From assembly GCA_963761595.1 (NCBI GenBank), contig CAVXHE010000004.1, forward strand, positions 105,601 through 169,600: 64,000 bases of DNA. Direction: 5' to 3'. The notes under the pieces were generated by a model that was given only the letters and a program-made list of their open reading frames with translations, ran no database searches and had not been told where the DNA came from. The DNA is from an uncultured Alphaproteobacteria bacterium (GTDB taxonomy: Bacteria > Pseudomonadota > Alphaproteobacteria > Rhizobiales > Xanthobacteraceae). Numbering within the stretch: position 1 is the stretch's first letter; each line of letters begins with the position of its first letter. Position numbers and translations under genes: made by a program. Shown piece after piece: positions 31,479 to 42,353 of this stretch.

Positions 31479-33554
31479 ATGACCAAGCTCATCGTTGACG
31501 GCAGAGAAGTCGACGTTCCGCCGGAATACACGCTGCTGCAGGCCTGCGAGTCAGCCGGCGCGGAAATTCCGCGGTTCTGTTTTCACGAGCGGCTGTCGAT
31601 CGCCGGCAATTGCCGCATGTGTTTGATCGAAGTGGTCGGCGTGCCGAAGCCGCAGGCCTCCTGCGCCATGGCGGTGCGCGATCTGATGCCGAACAAGGAC
31701 GGCTCGCCCAAGGTTCTGTCGACGCGCTCGCCGATGGTGCGCAAGGCGCGCGAAGGCGTGATGGAATTTCTGTTGATCAATCATCCGCTCGATTGCCCGA
31801 TCTGCGACCAGGGCGGCGAATGCGATCTGCAGGATCAGTCGATGGCCTATGGCATCGACTCGACGCGCTTCCACGAGAACAAGCGCGCGGTCGAGGACAA
31901 ATATCTCGGCGCGCTGGTCAAGACTTCGATGAACCGCTGCATCCAGTGCACCCGCTGCGTGCGCTTCATCACCGAGGTCGCCGGCGTCCCCGAGCTCGGC
32001 GCCATCGGCCGCGGCGAGGACATGGAGATCACGACCTATCTCGAAACCGCGATGCATTCCGAGCTGCAAGGCAACGTGGTCGACATCTGCCCGGTCGGCG
32101 CGCTGACCTCGAAGCCTTACGCGTTCGCGGCGCGGCCGTGGGAGCTCAACAAGACCGAGTCGATCGACGTGATGGATGGGCTCGGCTCCGCGATCCGCAT
32201 CGATACCCGCGGCAGTGAAGTCATGCGCATCCTGCCGCGCGACAATGACGACATCAACGAAGAGTGGATTTCCGACAAGACGCGGCATGTCGTCGACGGC
32301 TTGCGCACGCAGCGCCTCGACCAGCCCTATGTGCGCGAGAACGGACAGTTGCGCCCGGCGACCTGGCCCGAAGCTTTCAAGGCGATCGCGGCGAAGGTGG
32401 CGCAGGCTACTCCTAAGCGCATCGGCGCGATCGCGGGCGATCTTGCCGGCGCCGAAGAGATTTTCGCGCTCAAGGATTTGATGACGCGCTTGGGCGTAAG
32501 CAACCTCGATTGCCGGCAGGACGGCTCGGCGCTCGATCCGGCTTGGGGCCGCGCAAGTTACCTGTTCAATGCCAGCATCGCCGGCATCGACGCGGCGGAC
32601 GCGCTTCTGATCGTCGGCTCGAATCCGCGCAAGGAAGGGGCCATACTCAATGCCCGGATCCGCAAGCGCTGGCGCGCCGGCAAATTCCCGGTCGGCGTCA
32701 TCGGGCCGAAGGCGGATCTGTCCTACACCTACGATTATCTCGGAGCCGGCCCGGAAACCCTTGCCGATATCGCGCGGCACTCCTTCGCCGACAATCTGAA
32801 GAAGGCCGAGCGGCCGATGCTGATCGTCGGTGCCGGCGCATTGACGCGTGGCGACGGCGCGGCGCTGGCATCGCTCGCGGCCAAGACGGCGGTCGAGCTC
32901 GGCGCGGTCAAAGACGGCTGGAATGGTTTCTGCGTGCTGCACAACGCGGCCTCGCGCGTCGGCGCACTCGATCTCGGCTTCGTGCCGGGGCAGGGCGCGC
33001 TGAGCGCACGGCAGATGGCGGCGTTCGGCACGCTCGATCTTGTGTTCCTGCTCGGCGCCGACGAAATCGACATCCAAAAGGGCGCTTTCGTCGTTTACAT
33101 CGGCACCCACGGCGACCGCGGCGCGCAGCGCGCTGATGTCGTGCTGCCGGGCGCCGCCTATCCGGAAAAATCCTCGATCTACGTCAATACCGAAGGCCGC
33201 GTGCAGATGGCGTCGCGCGCCTCGTTCCCGCCCGGCGACGCCAAGGAAGACTGGGCGATCCTGCGGGCTTTGTCCGATGTTCTCAAAAACAAGCTGCCCT
33301 ATGACTCGCTGTCGGCTCTCCGGCAGGCGCTCTACAAGGCCCATCCGCACATGATGCGCGTCGGCCAGATCGCGCCGGGTGACGCAGCCGATATCCAAAA
33401 ACTCGCAGGCCTCGGCGGCACCGTCGACAAGGCGCCGTTCGGTCCGGGCATCGAAGACTACTACTTCACCAACGCCATCGCGCGCTGTTCGGCGGTGATG
33501 GCGGAATGTTCGGCGATCGCGCTGGGGCGCTCGACCATGACGGCGGCGGAATAG
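31479..33554 (+). CDS. nuoG: NADH-quinone oxidoreductase subunit G
   Basis: 691 aa 75-kDa subunit. Has [29 protein letters not shown] and [10 protein letters not shown]. Confidence 0.97.
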   Translation: MTKLIVDGREVDVPPEYTLLQACESAGAEIPRFCFHERLSIAGNCRMCLIEVVGVPKPQASCAMAVRDLMPNKDGSPKVLSTRSPMVRKAREGVMEFLLINHPLDCPICDQGGECDLQDQSMAYGIDSTRFHENKRAVEDKYLGALVKTSMNRCIQCTRCVRFITEVAGVPELGAIGRGEDMEITTYLETAMHSELQGNVVDICPVGALTSKPYAFAARPWELNKTESIDVMDGLGSAIRIDTRGSEVMRILPRDNDDINEEWISDKTRHVVDGLRTQRLDQPYVRENGQLRPATWPEAFKAIAAKVAQATPKRIGAIAGDLAGAEEIFALKDLMTRLGVSNLDCRQDGSALDPAWGRASYLFNASIAGIDAADALLIVGSNPRKEGAILNARIRKRWRAGKFPVGVIGPKADLSYTYDYLGAGPETLADIARHSFADNLKKAERPMLIVGAGALTRGDGAALASLAAKTAVELGAVKDGWNGFCVLHNAASRVGALDLGFVPGQGALSARQMAAFGTLDLVFLLGADEIDIQKGAFVVYIGTHGDRGAQRADVVLPGAAYPEKSSIYVNTEGRVQMASRASFPPGDAKEDWAILRALSDVLKNKLPYDSLSALRQALYKAHPHMMRVGQIAPGDAADIQKLAGLGGTVDKAPFGPGIEDYYFTNAIARCSAVMAECSAIALGRSTMTAAE

Positions 33555-33564
33555 AGGACCTCGC

Positions 33565-34626
33565 ATGACGCTCGTCGACTTCTGGTGGACCTATCTTTGG
33601 CCTCTGGTGATCATGGTCGCGGAGAGTCTGCTGCTGCTTGTCGTGCTTCTGGTTGCCGTCGCCTATGTTCTGTTGGCCGACCGCAAGATCTGGGCCGCGG
33701 TGCAAATCCGGCGCGGCCCGAACGTGGTCGGGCCCTGGGGTCTGTTCCAGTCCTTTGCCGATCTCTTGAAATTCATTCTCAAGGAACCGGTCATCCCGGC
33801 GAGCGCCAACAAGGGCGTGTTCCTGTTGGCGCCGCTCGTGACCTGCGTGCTGGCGCTCGCTGGCTGGGCGGTCATTCCGGTCAATGCCGGCTGGGTCATC
33901 TCGAACATCAATGTCGGCGTGCTTTACATTTTCGCCATCTCGTCGCTCGGCGTCTACGGCGTCATCATGGCCGGCTGGGCGTCGAATTCGAAATACCCGT
34001 TTCTCGCCGCGCTGCGTTCGGCGGCGCAGATGGTGTCCTACGAAGTCTCGATCGGCTTCGTCATCATCACCGTGCTGCTTTGCGTCGGCTCGCTCAATCT
34101 TACGGCCATCGTCGACGCGCAGCGCGATCATGGGCTTGCGACCATGCTCGGCGTGCCGTGGCTGTCGATCCTGAACTGGTATTGGCTGCCGCTCTTCCCG
34201 ATGCTGGTGATCTTCTTCGTCTCCGCGCTGGCCGAAACCAACCGGCCGCCGTTCGATCTGATCGAGGCGGAATCAGAGCTCGTCGCCGGCTTCATGGTCG
34301 AATACGGCTCGACGCCCTACATGATGTTCATGCTCGGCGAATACGTCGCCGTTTGCACCATGTGCGCGCTGATGACGATCATGTTCCTCGGCGGCTGGCT
34401 GCCGCCGATCGCGGTTGTGCCCTTCACCTGGGTGCCCGGCATCATCTGGTTCGTGTTCAAGGCCTGCTTCGTGTTCTTCATGTTCGCCATGGTGAAGGCC
34501 TTCGTGCCGCGCTATCGCTACGACCAATTGATGCGGCTCGGCTGGAAAGTGTTCCTGCCGATCTCGCTTGCCATGGTCGTGATCGTCGCCGCCGTGCTGC
34601 AGGTCACCGGCTGGGTGCCGAAATGA
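33565..34626 (+). CDS. nuoH: NADH-quinone oxidoreductase subunit H
   Basis: 353 aa polytopic membrane protein. Has [35 protein letters not shown] and RYRYDQLM. Confidence 0.97.
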   Translation: MTLVDFWWTYLWPLVIMVAESLLLLVVLLVAVAYVLLADRKIWAAVQIRRGPNVVGPWGLFQSFADLLKFILKEPVIPASANKGVFLLAPLVTCVLALAGWAVIPVNAGWVISNINVGVLYIFAISSLGVYGVIMAGWASNSKYPFLAALRSAAQMVSYEVSIGFVIITVLLCVGSLNLTAIVDAQRDHGLATMLGVPWLSILNWYWLPLFPMLVIFFVSALAETNRPPFDLIEAESELVAGFMVEYGSTPYMMFMLGEYVAVCTMCALMTIMFLGGWLPPIAVVPFTWVPGIIWFVFKACFVFFMFAMVKAFVPRYRYDQLMRLGWKVFLPISLAMVVIVAAVLQVTGWVPK

Positions 34627-34638
34627 CGGGAGGATGGC

Positions 34639-34914
34639 ATGATGCATGGGATGGCGAACGGCTTGGATTTCTCGCTGCCGGCCTGGATCGGCGCGCTGAT
34701 TGGGACCATCATAGCGGTCGCCGTCTATGTGCCGGGCATCGCCATGTTCGAACGGCAGCAGCGCGCGCAGAGCGGTCCGATGACGCTCGAACAACGCCGG
34801 GCCTTCGAGGACAAGCTGTCTGTCATGCGCCGGCTCATCCTCGGCGCCGACATCGCATTCTTCGCCGTGGCCGGCTATTGGCTCGGCACGACGTTCAGCG
34901 GCATGAGAGGTTGA
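34639..34914 (+). CDS. small membrane protein embedded between nuoH and nuoI (hypothetical)
   Basis: 91 aa with two predicted TM helices ([40 protein letters not shown]). Tightly packed: 12 nt after nuoH and 1 nt before nuoI. Confidence 0.5.
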   Translation: MMHGMANGLDFSLPAWIGALIGTIIAVAVYVPGIAMFERQQRAQSGPMTLEQRRAFEDKLSVMRRLILGADIAFFAVAGYWLGTTFSGMRG

Positions 34915-34915
34915 T

Positions 34916-35404
34916 ATGAGCTTGGATCTGGCCGCCCGTTCGCTGTTCCTCCGAGAATTCGTGCAGGCCTTCGTCCTGTCGATGCGCTACTTCTTCAAGC
35001 CGAAGGCGACGCTCAATTATCCCTTCGAGAAAGGCCGGCTGTCGCCGCGCTTCCGCGGCGAACATGCGCTGCGCCGCTATCCGAACGGCGAGGAACGCTG
35101 CATCGCGTGCAAGCTCTGCGAGGCAATCTGCCCGGCGCAGGCCATCACCATCGAAGCCGGCCCGCGGCGCAACGACGGCACCCGCCGCACCACCCGTTAC
35201 GACATCGACATGGTGAAGTGCATCTATTGCGGGCTGTGCCAGGAGGCCTGTCCGGTCGACGCCATCGTCGAGGGACCGAATTTCGAATTCGCCACCGAAA
35301 CCCGCGAGGAATTGTACTACGACAAGGAACGCCTCTTGGCGAACGGCGATCGCTGGGAACGCGAGATCGCAAAAAGCATCGCGCTCGACGCGCCCTACCG
35401 CTGA
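34916..35404 (+). CDS. nuoI: NADH-quinone oxidoreductase subunit I
   Basis: Two ferredoxin-type motifs, [12 protein letters not shown] and [12 protein letters not shown]. Confidence 0.97.
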   Translation: MSLDLAARSLFLREFVQAFVLSMRYFFKPKATLNYPFEKGRLSPRFRGEHALRRYPNGEERCIACKLCEAICPAQAITIEAGPRRNDGTRRTTRYDIDMVKCIYCGLCQEACPVDAIVEGPNFEFATETREELYYDKERLLANGDRWEREIAKSIALDAPYR

Positions 35405-35417
35405 GATCGGCTCCGCA

Positions 35418-36035
35418 ATGGTTATCCACGCGCTGTTCTTTTATCTGTTCGCGGCCGTGACCGTGGCGTCGGCCGCCATGGTGATCTTCTCGCGCAATCC
35501 GGTGCATTCGGTGCTGTTCCTCATTCTCGCTTTCGTCAATGCGGCGGGACTGTTCGTGCTGATCGGCGCCGAGTTCCTGGCGTTCATTCTCATCATCGTC
35601 TATGTCGGCGCCGTCGCCGTGCTGTTTTTGTTTGTCGTCATGATGCTCGACGTCGATTTCGCCGAGTTGCGCCAGGGCTTTCTCAATTATCTCCCGATCG
35701 GCACGATCATCGGCATCATCCTCTTCGTCGAACTGGCCACGGTACTTGCCGCTTATGTGATCGGGCCTGACGTCGCCAAGGCGATCACGGCGCCGATTCC
35801 GGCGGCCGACCAGATCAGCAATACGCAGGCGCTCGGGCTCGTGCTCTATACGCGCTACGTCTATTTCTTCCAGGCCGCGGGCGTCATTCTTCTGGTGGCG
35901 ATGATCGGCGCCATCGTGCTGACCTTGCAGCACAAGCCGAATGTGAAACGGCAAAGCATCGCCAGCCAAGTCGCGCGCAACAAAGCGAGCGCCATCGAGG
36001 TGGTTCAGGTCAAGTCGGGGCAGGGGCTGTCATGA
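35418..36035 (+). CDS. nuoJ: NADH-quinone oxidoreductase subunit J
   Basis: 205 aa, 5 TM. The [20 protein letters not shown] and [17 protein letters not shown] blocks are typical of NuoJ. Confidence 0.95.
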   Translation: MVIHALFFYLFAAVTVASAAMVIFSRNPVHSVLFLILAFVNAAGLFVLIGAEFLAFILIIVYVGAVAVLFLFVVMMLDVDFAELRQGFLNYLPIGTIIGIILFVELATVLAAYVIGPDVAKAITAPIPAADQISNTQALGLVLYTRYVYFFQAAGVILLVAMIGAIVLTLQHKPNVKRQSIASQVARNKASAIEVVQVKSGQGLS

Positions 36036-36340
36036 TCATCGGGCTTGGGCACTACCTCGCGGTCGGCGCGATACTGTTCACGCTCGGCATCATGGGGATT
36101 TTCCTCAACCGCAAGAACGTCATCGTCATCTTGATGTCGATCGAGCTCATCCTGCTCGCCGTGAACATCAACCTCGTCGCGTTTTCGAGCTTCTTGGGCG
36201 ACATCGTCGGCCAGGTCTATGCGCTGATCGTGCTCACGGTCGCGGCGGCGGAAGCCGCGATCGGGCTTGCGATCCTCGTCGCCTATTTCCGCAACCGCGG
36301 CTCGATCGCCGTGGAAGACATCAATCTGATGAAGGGTTAG
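36032..36340 (+). CDS. nuoK: NADH-quinone oxidoreductase subunit K
   Basis: 102 aa, 3 TM. Has [17 protein letters not shown] and [13 protein letters not shown]. Confidence 0.96.
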   Translation: MIIGLGHYLAVGAILFTLGIMGIFLNRKNVIVILMSIELILLAVNINLVAFSSFLGDIVGQVYALIVLTVAAAEAAIGLAILVAYFRNRGSIAVEDINLMKG

Positions 36341-36388
36341 CGCATGATCCCGAAAAGTGGACGCCGGTTTTCGGAAAAGATCATGCGC
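36340..36388. repeat. REP hairpin family A (copy 2)
   Basis: GCGCATGATCCCGAAAAGTGGACGCCGGTTTTCGGAAAAGATCATGCGC lies immediately after the nuoK stop. Homologous to 23755..23802. Confidence 0.8.
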
Positions 36389-36443
36389 CAAGCAAAAATG
36401 TTAGCTGGGTGCGCAGAGCGTTTGGGGCGGGATAGGCGCTAAT

Positions 36444-38543
36444 ATGTACGAAGCTATCGTTCTACTGCCGCTGCTCGGCGCCATCATCGCGGGTGCGGTG
36501 TCGCTTATCGGCGCGCGCAATCGATTCCCCGGCGAGGACCCGCCGCCGCCGCACGACGACCATTCAGCCGCGCTCGCTGCCGACGCTCACGCGCACGGTG
36601 CGCCGTCACCGGACACGGCGCATGCCGCCGCGCATGCGACACACAGTGAGGATCATCACGGCGAGGAAGAGGCATCCGCCGCCGGTTCGCTCGGCTCAGA
36701 GCTGATCACCTCGACCTTCCTGGTGATCTCCTGCGTGCTGTCGTGGTATGCCTTCTACGATGTCGGCTTCCAGCATCACGACGCCCGCATCACGCTGTTC
36801 TCATTTATCAGCTTCGCCGACCTGCATTCGAACTGGGCGCTGCGCATCGATACGCTGACGGTGGTGATGCTGGTCGTGGTGACGACGGTGTCGTCGCTCG
36901 TGCACGTCTATTCGATCGGCTATATGGAGGAGGACCCCTATAAGCCGCGGTTCTTTTCCTATCTGTCGTTCTTCACCTTCGCCATGCTGATGCTGGTGAC
37001 GGCGGACAATTTGTTGCAGCTGTTTTTCGGCTGGGAAGGCGTCGGGCTCGCGAGCTATCTCCTCATCGGTTTCTGGTATTACAAGCCGGAAGCCAATGCC
37101 GCCGCGATCAAGGCCTTTCTCGTCAACCGCGTCGGCGATTTCGGCTTCTCGCTCGGCATTTTCACCGCCTTCTATCTCACCGGCGCGATCGATTTCGACA
37201 CGGTGTTCGCGCAGGCGCAGGACCTCGTCGGCAAGAATTTTCATTTCCTGAGCTGGGACGTCGACGCGCTGACCACGATGTGCTTGCTCCTGTTCATGGG
37301 CGCGATGGGCAAGTCGGCGCAGTTCCTGCTGCACACCTGGCTGCCCGACGCCATGGAAGGCCCGACGCCGGTTTCCGCCTTGATCCATGCCGCCACGATG
37401 GTTACCGCCGGCGTCTTCATGGTGGCGCGGCTGTCGCCGTTGTTCGAGCTTGCGCCCTATGCCAAGTCGTTTGTCATTTTCATCGGCGCGACGACGGCGA
37501 TTTTCGCCGCCACGATCGGACTGGTGCAGAACGACATCAAGCGCGTGATCGCCTACTCGACTTGCTCCCAGCTCGGCTACATGTTCGTCGCCATGGGCTC
37601 GGGCGCCTATTCGATCGGCATGTTCCATCTGTTCACGCATGCGTTCTTCAAGGCGCTGCTGTTCCTCGGCTCGGGCTCGGTCATCCTCGCGATGCATCAC
37701 GAGCAGGACATGCGCCACATGGGCGGCCTGCGGAAGAAAATTCCGTTCACCTACGCCATGATGCTGATCGGCACGTTGGCGCTGACCGGTTTTCCCTTTA
37801 CCGCGGGATACTTCTCCAAGGACGCGATCATCGAAGCCGACGACGCGGTGCAGGGCTTTGCCGCAAGCTACGGCTTCATCATGACAGTGCTCGCCGCGGC
37901 GCTGACGTCGTTCTATTCCTGGCGGCTGATCTTCATGACCTTTCACGGCGCGCCGCACGATCCGCATCATTACGAGGCGGCGCATGAGAGCCCGAAAGTC
38001 ATGCTCATTCCGCTCGCGATACTTGCCTTCGGCGCGATCTTTGCCGGCTATCCCTTCGTGCACCTTTTCACCGGCGAAGGAGCGGATGCCTTCTTCCGCG
38101 AGTCGCTGGCGCTGAAGTCGGCCGACACGATTTTCTCGCGTATGGAGGCTTTGCCGCTCTTTATCGATCTCGCGCCGACGGTGATGATGGTCATCGGCTT
38201 CCTGGTCGCCTACCAGTTCTATATTCGCCGGCCCGACATTCCGGCGGCGCTCGCGCGCGATCAGAAGCCGCTCTACGAATTCCTCCTCAACAAGTGGTAT
38301 TTCGACGAACTCTACGATTTCCTCTTCGTGCGCCCGGCGATGCGGCTCGGCCGTCTGTTATGGAAGGGCGGCGACGGCGTCATCATCGACGGCTTGGGGC
38401 CTGACGGGGTGTCGGCACGCGTCCTCGACGTGACTCGCAATGTCGTCCGGCTGCAGACCGGGTACCTCTACCACTATGCCTTTGCCATGATGATCGGCGT
38501 CGCCGGTTTCATCACTTGGTTCATGGTCAGCGGGACTGCACTG
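36444..38543 (+). CDS. nuoL: NADH-quinone oxidoreductase subunit L (700 codons, no in-frame stop as assembled; reads into nuoM)
   Basis: Antiporter-like subunit with [34 protein letters not shown] and C-terminal [26 protein letters not shown] His/Asp/Ala-rich insert follows TM1. An out-of-frame TGA at 38542-38544 overlaps the nuoM ATG. Confidence 0.9.
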
Positions 38544-40061
38544 ATGACAAGCTGGCCGATCCTGTCCGTCGTTGTCTTCCTGCCGATCGCGGGCGCGCTG
38601 TTCATCGCCTTCCTGAGCGATGACCTGGAAGGCGCGCGCAATGCGCGCTGGGTGGCGCTGTGGACGACGCTCTTCACTCTCGCCATTTCGCTGCTCTTGA
38701 TCTGGCGCTTCGACCCATCGACCGCGGATTTCCAGTTCGTGGAAAAGCGGCCATGGCTCGGCGGCGCCATCAACTACTCGATGGGCGTCGACGGCATTTC
38801 GCTGCCGCTGGTCATTCTCACGACCGCGATCATGCCGATCTCGATCCTCGCCAGCTGGACCGCGATCCAGCGCCGGGTGCGCGAATATATGATCGCCTTC
38901 CTCGTCCTCGAGACGCTGATGGTCGGCACCTTCTGCGCGCTCGACCTGGTGCTGTTCTATCTGTTCTTCGAGGGCGGCCTCATTCCGATGTTCCTGATCA
39001 TCGGCGTCTGGGGCGGGCCGCGCCGCGTCTACGCGAGCTTCAAGTTCTTCCTCTATACGCTCCTTGGCTCGGTGCTGATGCTGCTCGCTATCATGGCGAT
39101 GTATTGGGATGCCGGCACCACCGACATCCCGACGCTCTTGCACCACGCCTTCCCGCGCAATTTGCAGACCTGGGCGTGGTTTGCCTTCCTCGCCTCGTTC
39201 GCGGTCAAAATGCCGATGTGGCCGGTGCATACGTGGCTGCCCGACGCCCATGTCGAAGCGCCGACGGCGGGCTCGGTCATTCTCGCCGCGATCCTTTTGA
39301 AGCTCGGCGGCTATGGCTTCCTGCGCTTTTCCTTGCCGATGTTCCCGGAGGCGTCGCAGCATTTTGCAGCCCTCATCTACGCACTTTCCGTGGTGGCGAT
39401 CATCTACACCTCGCTGGTGGCGCTGATGCAGGAGGACATCAAGAAGCTCATCGCCTATTCGTCGGTGGCGCATATGGGCTTCGTCACCATGGGCATTTTC
39501 GCGGTGACGGCGCAGGGCATCGCCGGCGGCATTTTCCAGATGGTGTCGCACGGCATCGTCTCGGCCGCCTTGTTCCTTTGCGTCGGCGTCGTCTACGACC
39601 GCATGCATACCCGTGAGATTGCGGCCTATGGCGGGCTGGTCAACCGCATGCCGGTCTATGCCTTCGTGTTCATGGTGTTCACCCTCGCCAATGTCGGGCT
39701 GCCCGGCACGACCGGCTTTGTCGGCGAATTCCTCACCCTGATCGGCACATTCCGTGTCAACACTTGGGTGGCGACGCTCGCGACCATCGGTACCATCCTT
39801 TCCGCCGCTTATGCGCTGTGGCTCTACCGCAAGGTCATCCTCGGCAAGCTCGAAAAGCCCGCTTTGTTCAACATCAAGGATCTCGGCTGGCGCGAAATCA
39901 CGATCTTTGTGCCGCTCGTCGTCCTGACCATCATTTTCGGCGTCTATCCGAAGCCGATCCTCGACTTCTCTTCGGCGTCAGTGACGCAATTGATCGACAA
40001 TTATCAGCACGCGCTCAGCGCCGTGCAGACCGCGGACCAGTCCGCGTCGCTCGGACGCTGA
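38544..40061 (+). CDS. nuoM: NADH-quinone oxidoreductase subunit M
   Basis: 505 aa starting at [20 protein letters not shown]. Has [28 protein letters not shown] and [15 protein letters not shown]. Confidence 0.93.
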   Translation: MTSWPILSVVVFLPIAGALFIAFLSDDLEGARNARWVALWTTLFTLAISLLLIWRFDPSTADFQFVEKRPWLGGAINYSMGVDGISLPLVILTTAIMPISILASWTAIQRRVREYMIAFLVLETLMVGTFCALDLVLFYLFFEGGLIPMFLIIGVWGGPRRVYASFKFFLYTLLGSVLMLLAIMAMYWDAGTTDIPTLLHHAFPRNLQTWAWFAFLASFAVKMPMWPVHTWLPDAHVEAPTAGSVILAAILLKLGGYGFLRFSLPMFPEASQHFAALIYALSVVAIIYTSLVALMQEDIKKLIAYSSVAHMGFVTMGIFAVTAQGIAGGIFQMVSHGIVSAALFLCVGVVYDRMHTREIAAYGGLVNRMPVYAFVFMVFTLANVGLPGTTGFVGEFLTLIGTFRVNTWVATLATIGTILSAAYALWLYRKVILGKLEKPALFNIKDLGWREITIFVPLVVLTIIFGVYPKPILDFSSASVTQLIDNYQHALSAVQTADQSASLGR

Positions 40062-40075
40062 GGCCAAGGTAACAA

Positions 40076-41525
40076 ATGTACGCCGCAGAGCTTCCCACCC
40101 TCGTTCCGCTCCTTCCCGAGTTCATACTCGGCATCGGCGCCATGGCGCTGTTGATGCTCGGCGTCTTTCGCGGCGAGGCCAGCGGGCGCGCTGTGGATAT
40201 CATCGGCATCGTGCTTCTGGTGATCGCGGGGATTGTCGTCGTCACGTTGCCGGCCGGCAAGCTCACCACGTTCGGCGGCAGCTTCGTCGTCGATGATTTT
40301 GCCCGTTTCCTGAAAATCCTGGCGCTCACCGGCTCGGCGGCGGCGATTTTGATGTCGCTCGATTATGCGCAGAAGGAACGCCAGCAGCGCTTCGAATATT
40401 CGGTGCTGATCCTGCTGTCGACGCTCGGCATGCTGATGCTGATCTCGGCGGCCGACCTGATCGCGCTTTATCTCGGCCTCGAATTGATGAGCCTGCCGCT
40501 CTACGTCGTCGCCGCGAGCTATCGCGACTCGCTGCGCGCGACTGAAGCCGGGCTGAAATATTTCGTCCTCGGCGCGCTGTCGTCGGGCATGCTGCTCTAC
40601 GGCGCGTCGCTGGTTTACGGCTTCACCGGCACCGTGAGCTTCACCGGCATCGCCCAGGCGGCGGGGCAGGAAACCGGCGCCGCCGCCACCGGGTTGATTT
40701 TCGGCATCGTCTTTCTGTTCGCCGGCTTCTGCTTCAAGGTCTCGGCGGTGCCGTTCCATATGTGGACGCCGGACGTCTATGAGGGCGCGCCGACGCCGGT
40801 GACGGCGTTCTTTGCCGCGGCTCCGAAAGTGGCGGGCATTGCCATGTTCGTGCGCGTCGCCGTCGTCGCGTTTCCGAGCATCACCCACGAATGGCAGCAG
40901 ATCGTCGTCTTCGTCTCCATCGCCTCGATGGTGCTCGGCTCCTTCGCGGCCATCGGCCAGCGCAACATCAAACGCCTGATGGCCTATTCGTCGATCGGCC
41001 ATATGGGTTTCGCGCTGATCGGGCTCGCCGCCGGAACGTCCGAGGGCGTGCAGGGCGTGCTGGTCTATATCGCGATCTATCTCACCATGACGCTCGGCGT
41101 CTTCGCCGTGATCCTGTCGATGCGGCGTTCGACCGGAATGGTGGAATCGATCGACCAATTGGCGGGGCTTGCGCGCACCCATCCGGCGACGGCGTTCTTC
41201 ATGGCGATGCTGTTGTTCTCGATGGCGGGCATTCCGCCGCTCGCCGGCTTCTTCGCCAAATTCTACGTGTTCCTTGCCGCGATCAAAGCCGGCCTCTACA
41301 TCCTCTCGGTCATCGGCGTGCTGGCCAGCGTGGTCGGCGCCTATTACTATCTGGCGATCATCAAGGTCGATGTATTTCGACGAGCCGGCCGAAGGCCTTT
41401 GTCGAGATGCCCTATGAGCTGCGCGTGGTGCTCGCTGGTCTGCGGCCTGTTCAACGTCCTGTTCTTTGTCTATCCGGGCCCGCTGGTCGGCGTCGGCGAG
41501 CGCGGCGGCGCATTCCCTGTTCTGA
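40076..41525 (+). CDS. nuoN: NADH-quinone oxidoreductase subunit N, last 55 codons disrupted by about 4 frame changes as assembled
   Basis: Intact to ..YYYLAIIKV. The conserved tail MYFDEPAEG / [14 protein letters not shown] / [15 protein letters not shown] / [11 protein letters not shown]-stop is then spread over three frames (joins near 41370, 41395, 41445, 41488). The reconstructed stop TGA at 41523-41525 overlaps the birA ATG. Confidence 0.88.
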
Positions 41526-42303
41526 TGCAGCTCGATCCCATCGCGGCCGCGGCCGCGGGCTTTCGCCTGGCGGCTCACGACGTTCTGGGATCGACCAATG
41601 CGGAAGCATTGACGCGCATCGCGGGGCGGCGAGACGGGCCCGCTCTGGGTCACTGCGCGCGAGCAGACAGCAGGCCGCGGCCGCCGCGGCCGGGAATGGA
41701 TTTCGCCGGCGGGCAATCTCTACGCGAGCCTCCTTCTCTCCGATCCGGCTCCGTCGGAAGCCGCCCCGCAACTGGCTTTCGTCGCGGCTCTTGCCGTTCA
41801 TGACGCCATCGTCAGTTGCGCGCCGCGATTGCGCGAAGGCTCGCGCTCAAATGGCCGAACGACCTGTTGCTCGCCGACGAGAAAGTGCGCCGGCATTCTG
41901 ATCGAGGGCGAAATGGCGGCAGGCAAAGCTCGCCGTCGTCATCGGCATCGGCGTCAATTGCGTGCGCCATCCGCGGCCCAGACGATCGTTTCCGGCGACC
42001 GATCTTGCGCGCTAGCGGCCCGAAATCTCGCCGGAGAGCCTGTTCCTGCGCTTGTCGCCGCCATGATGCGGCGTCTCGATCAATGGGACCGCGGCGTGGG
42101 CTTTGCGGCGATCCTCGGCGATTGGCTCGGCTGCGTCACCGGCCTTGGCGAGCGAGATCACGGTGCGGTCAATGGCCGTGACCTGAGACGGCCGTTTTGA
42201 CGGGCCTCGACGACTCGGGCCGCCTATGCTCGGCTCGCCGACGGCGAGCTGCGAAAAGATCACCGCCGGCGATGTGTTTCCCGATCGCGAACGCGCGCCG
42301 TGA
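41525..42303 (+). CDS. birA: biotin-[acetyl-CoA-carboxylase] ligase, very heavily frame-disrupted as assembled
   Basis: Recognisable blocks in rotating frames: [17 protein letters not shown]; [54 protein letters not shown]; [14 protein letters not shown]; AGILIEGE; [12 protein letters not shown]; [11 protein letters not shown]; [22 protein letters not shown]; [10 protein letters not shown]; [17 protein letters not shown]. About 8 joins in 780 bp. Confidence 0.75.
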
Positions 42304-42353
42304 GCCTGGCCGAAGCGCCTACACGGCCAATCCGCCAAAAGGGCCGACGACTG

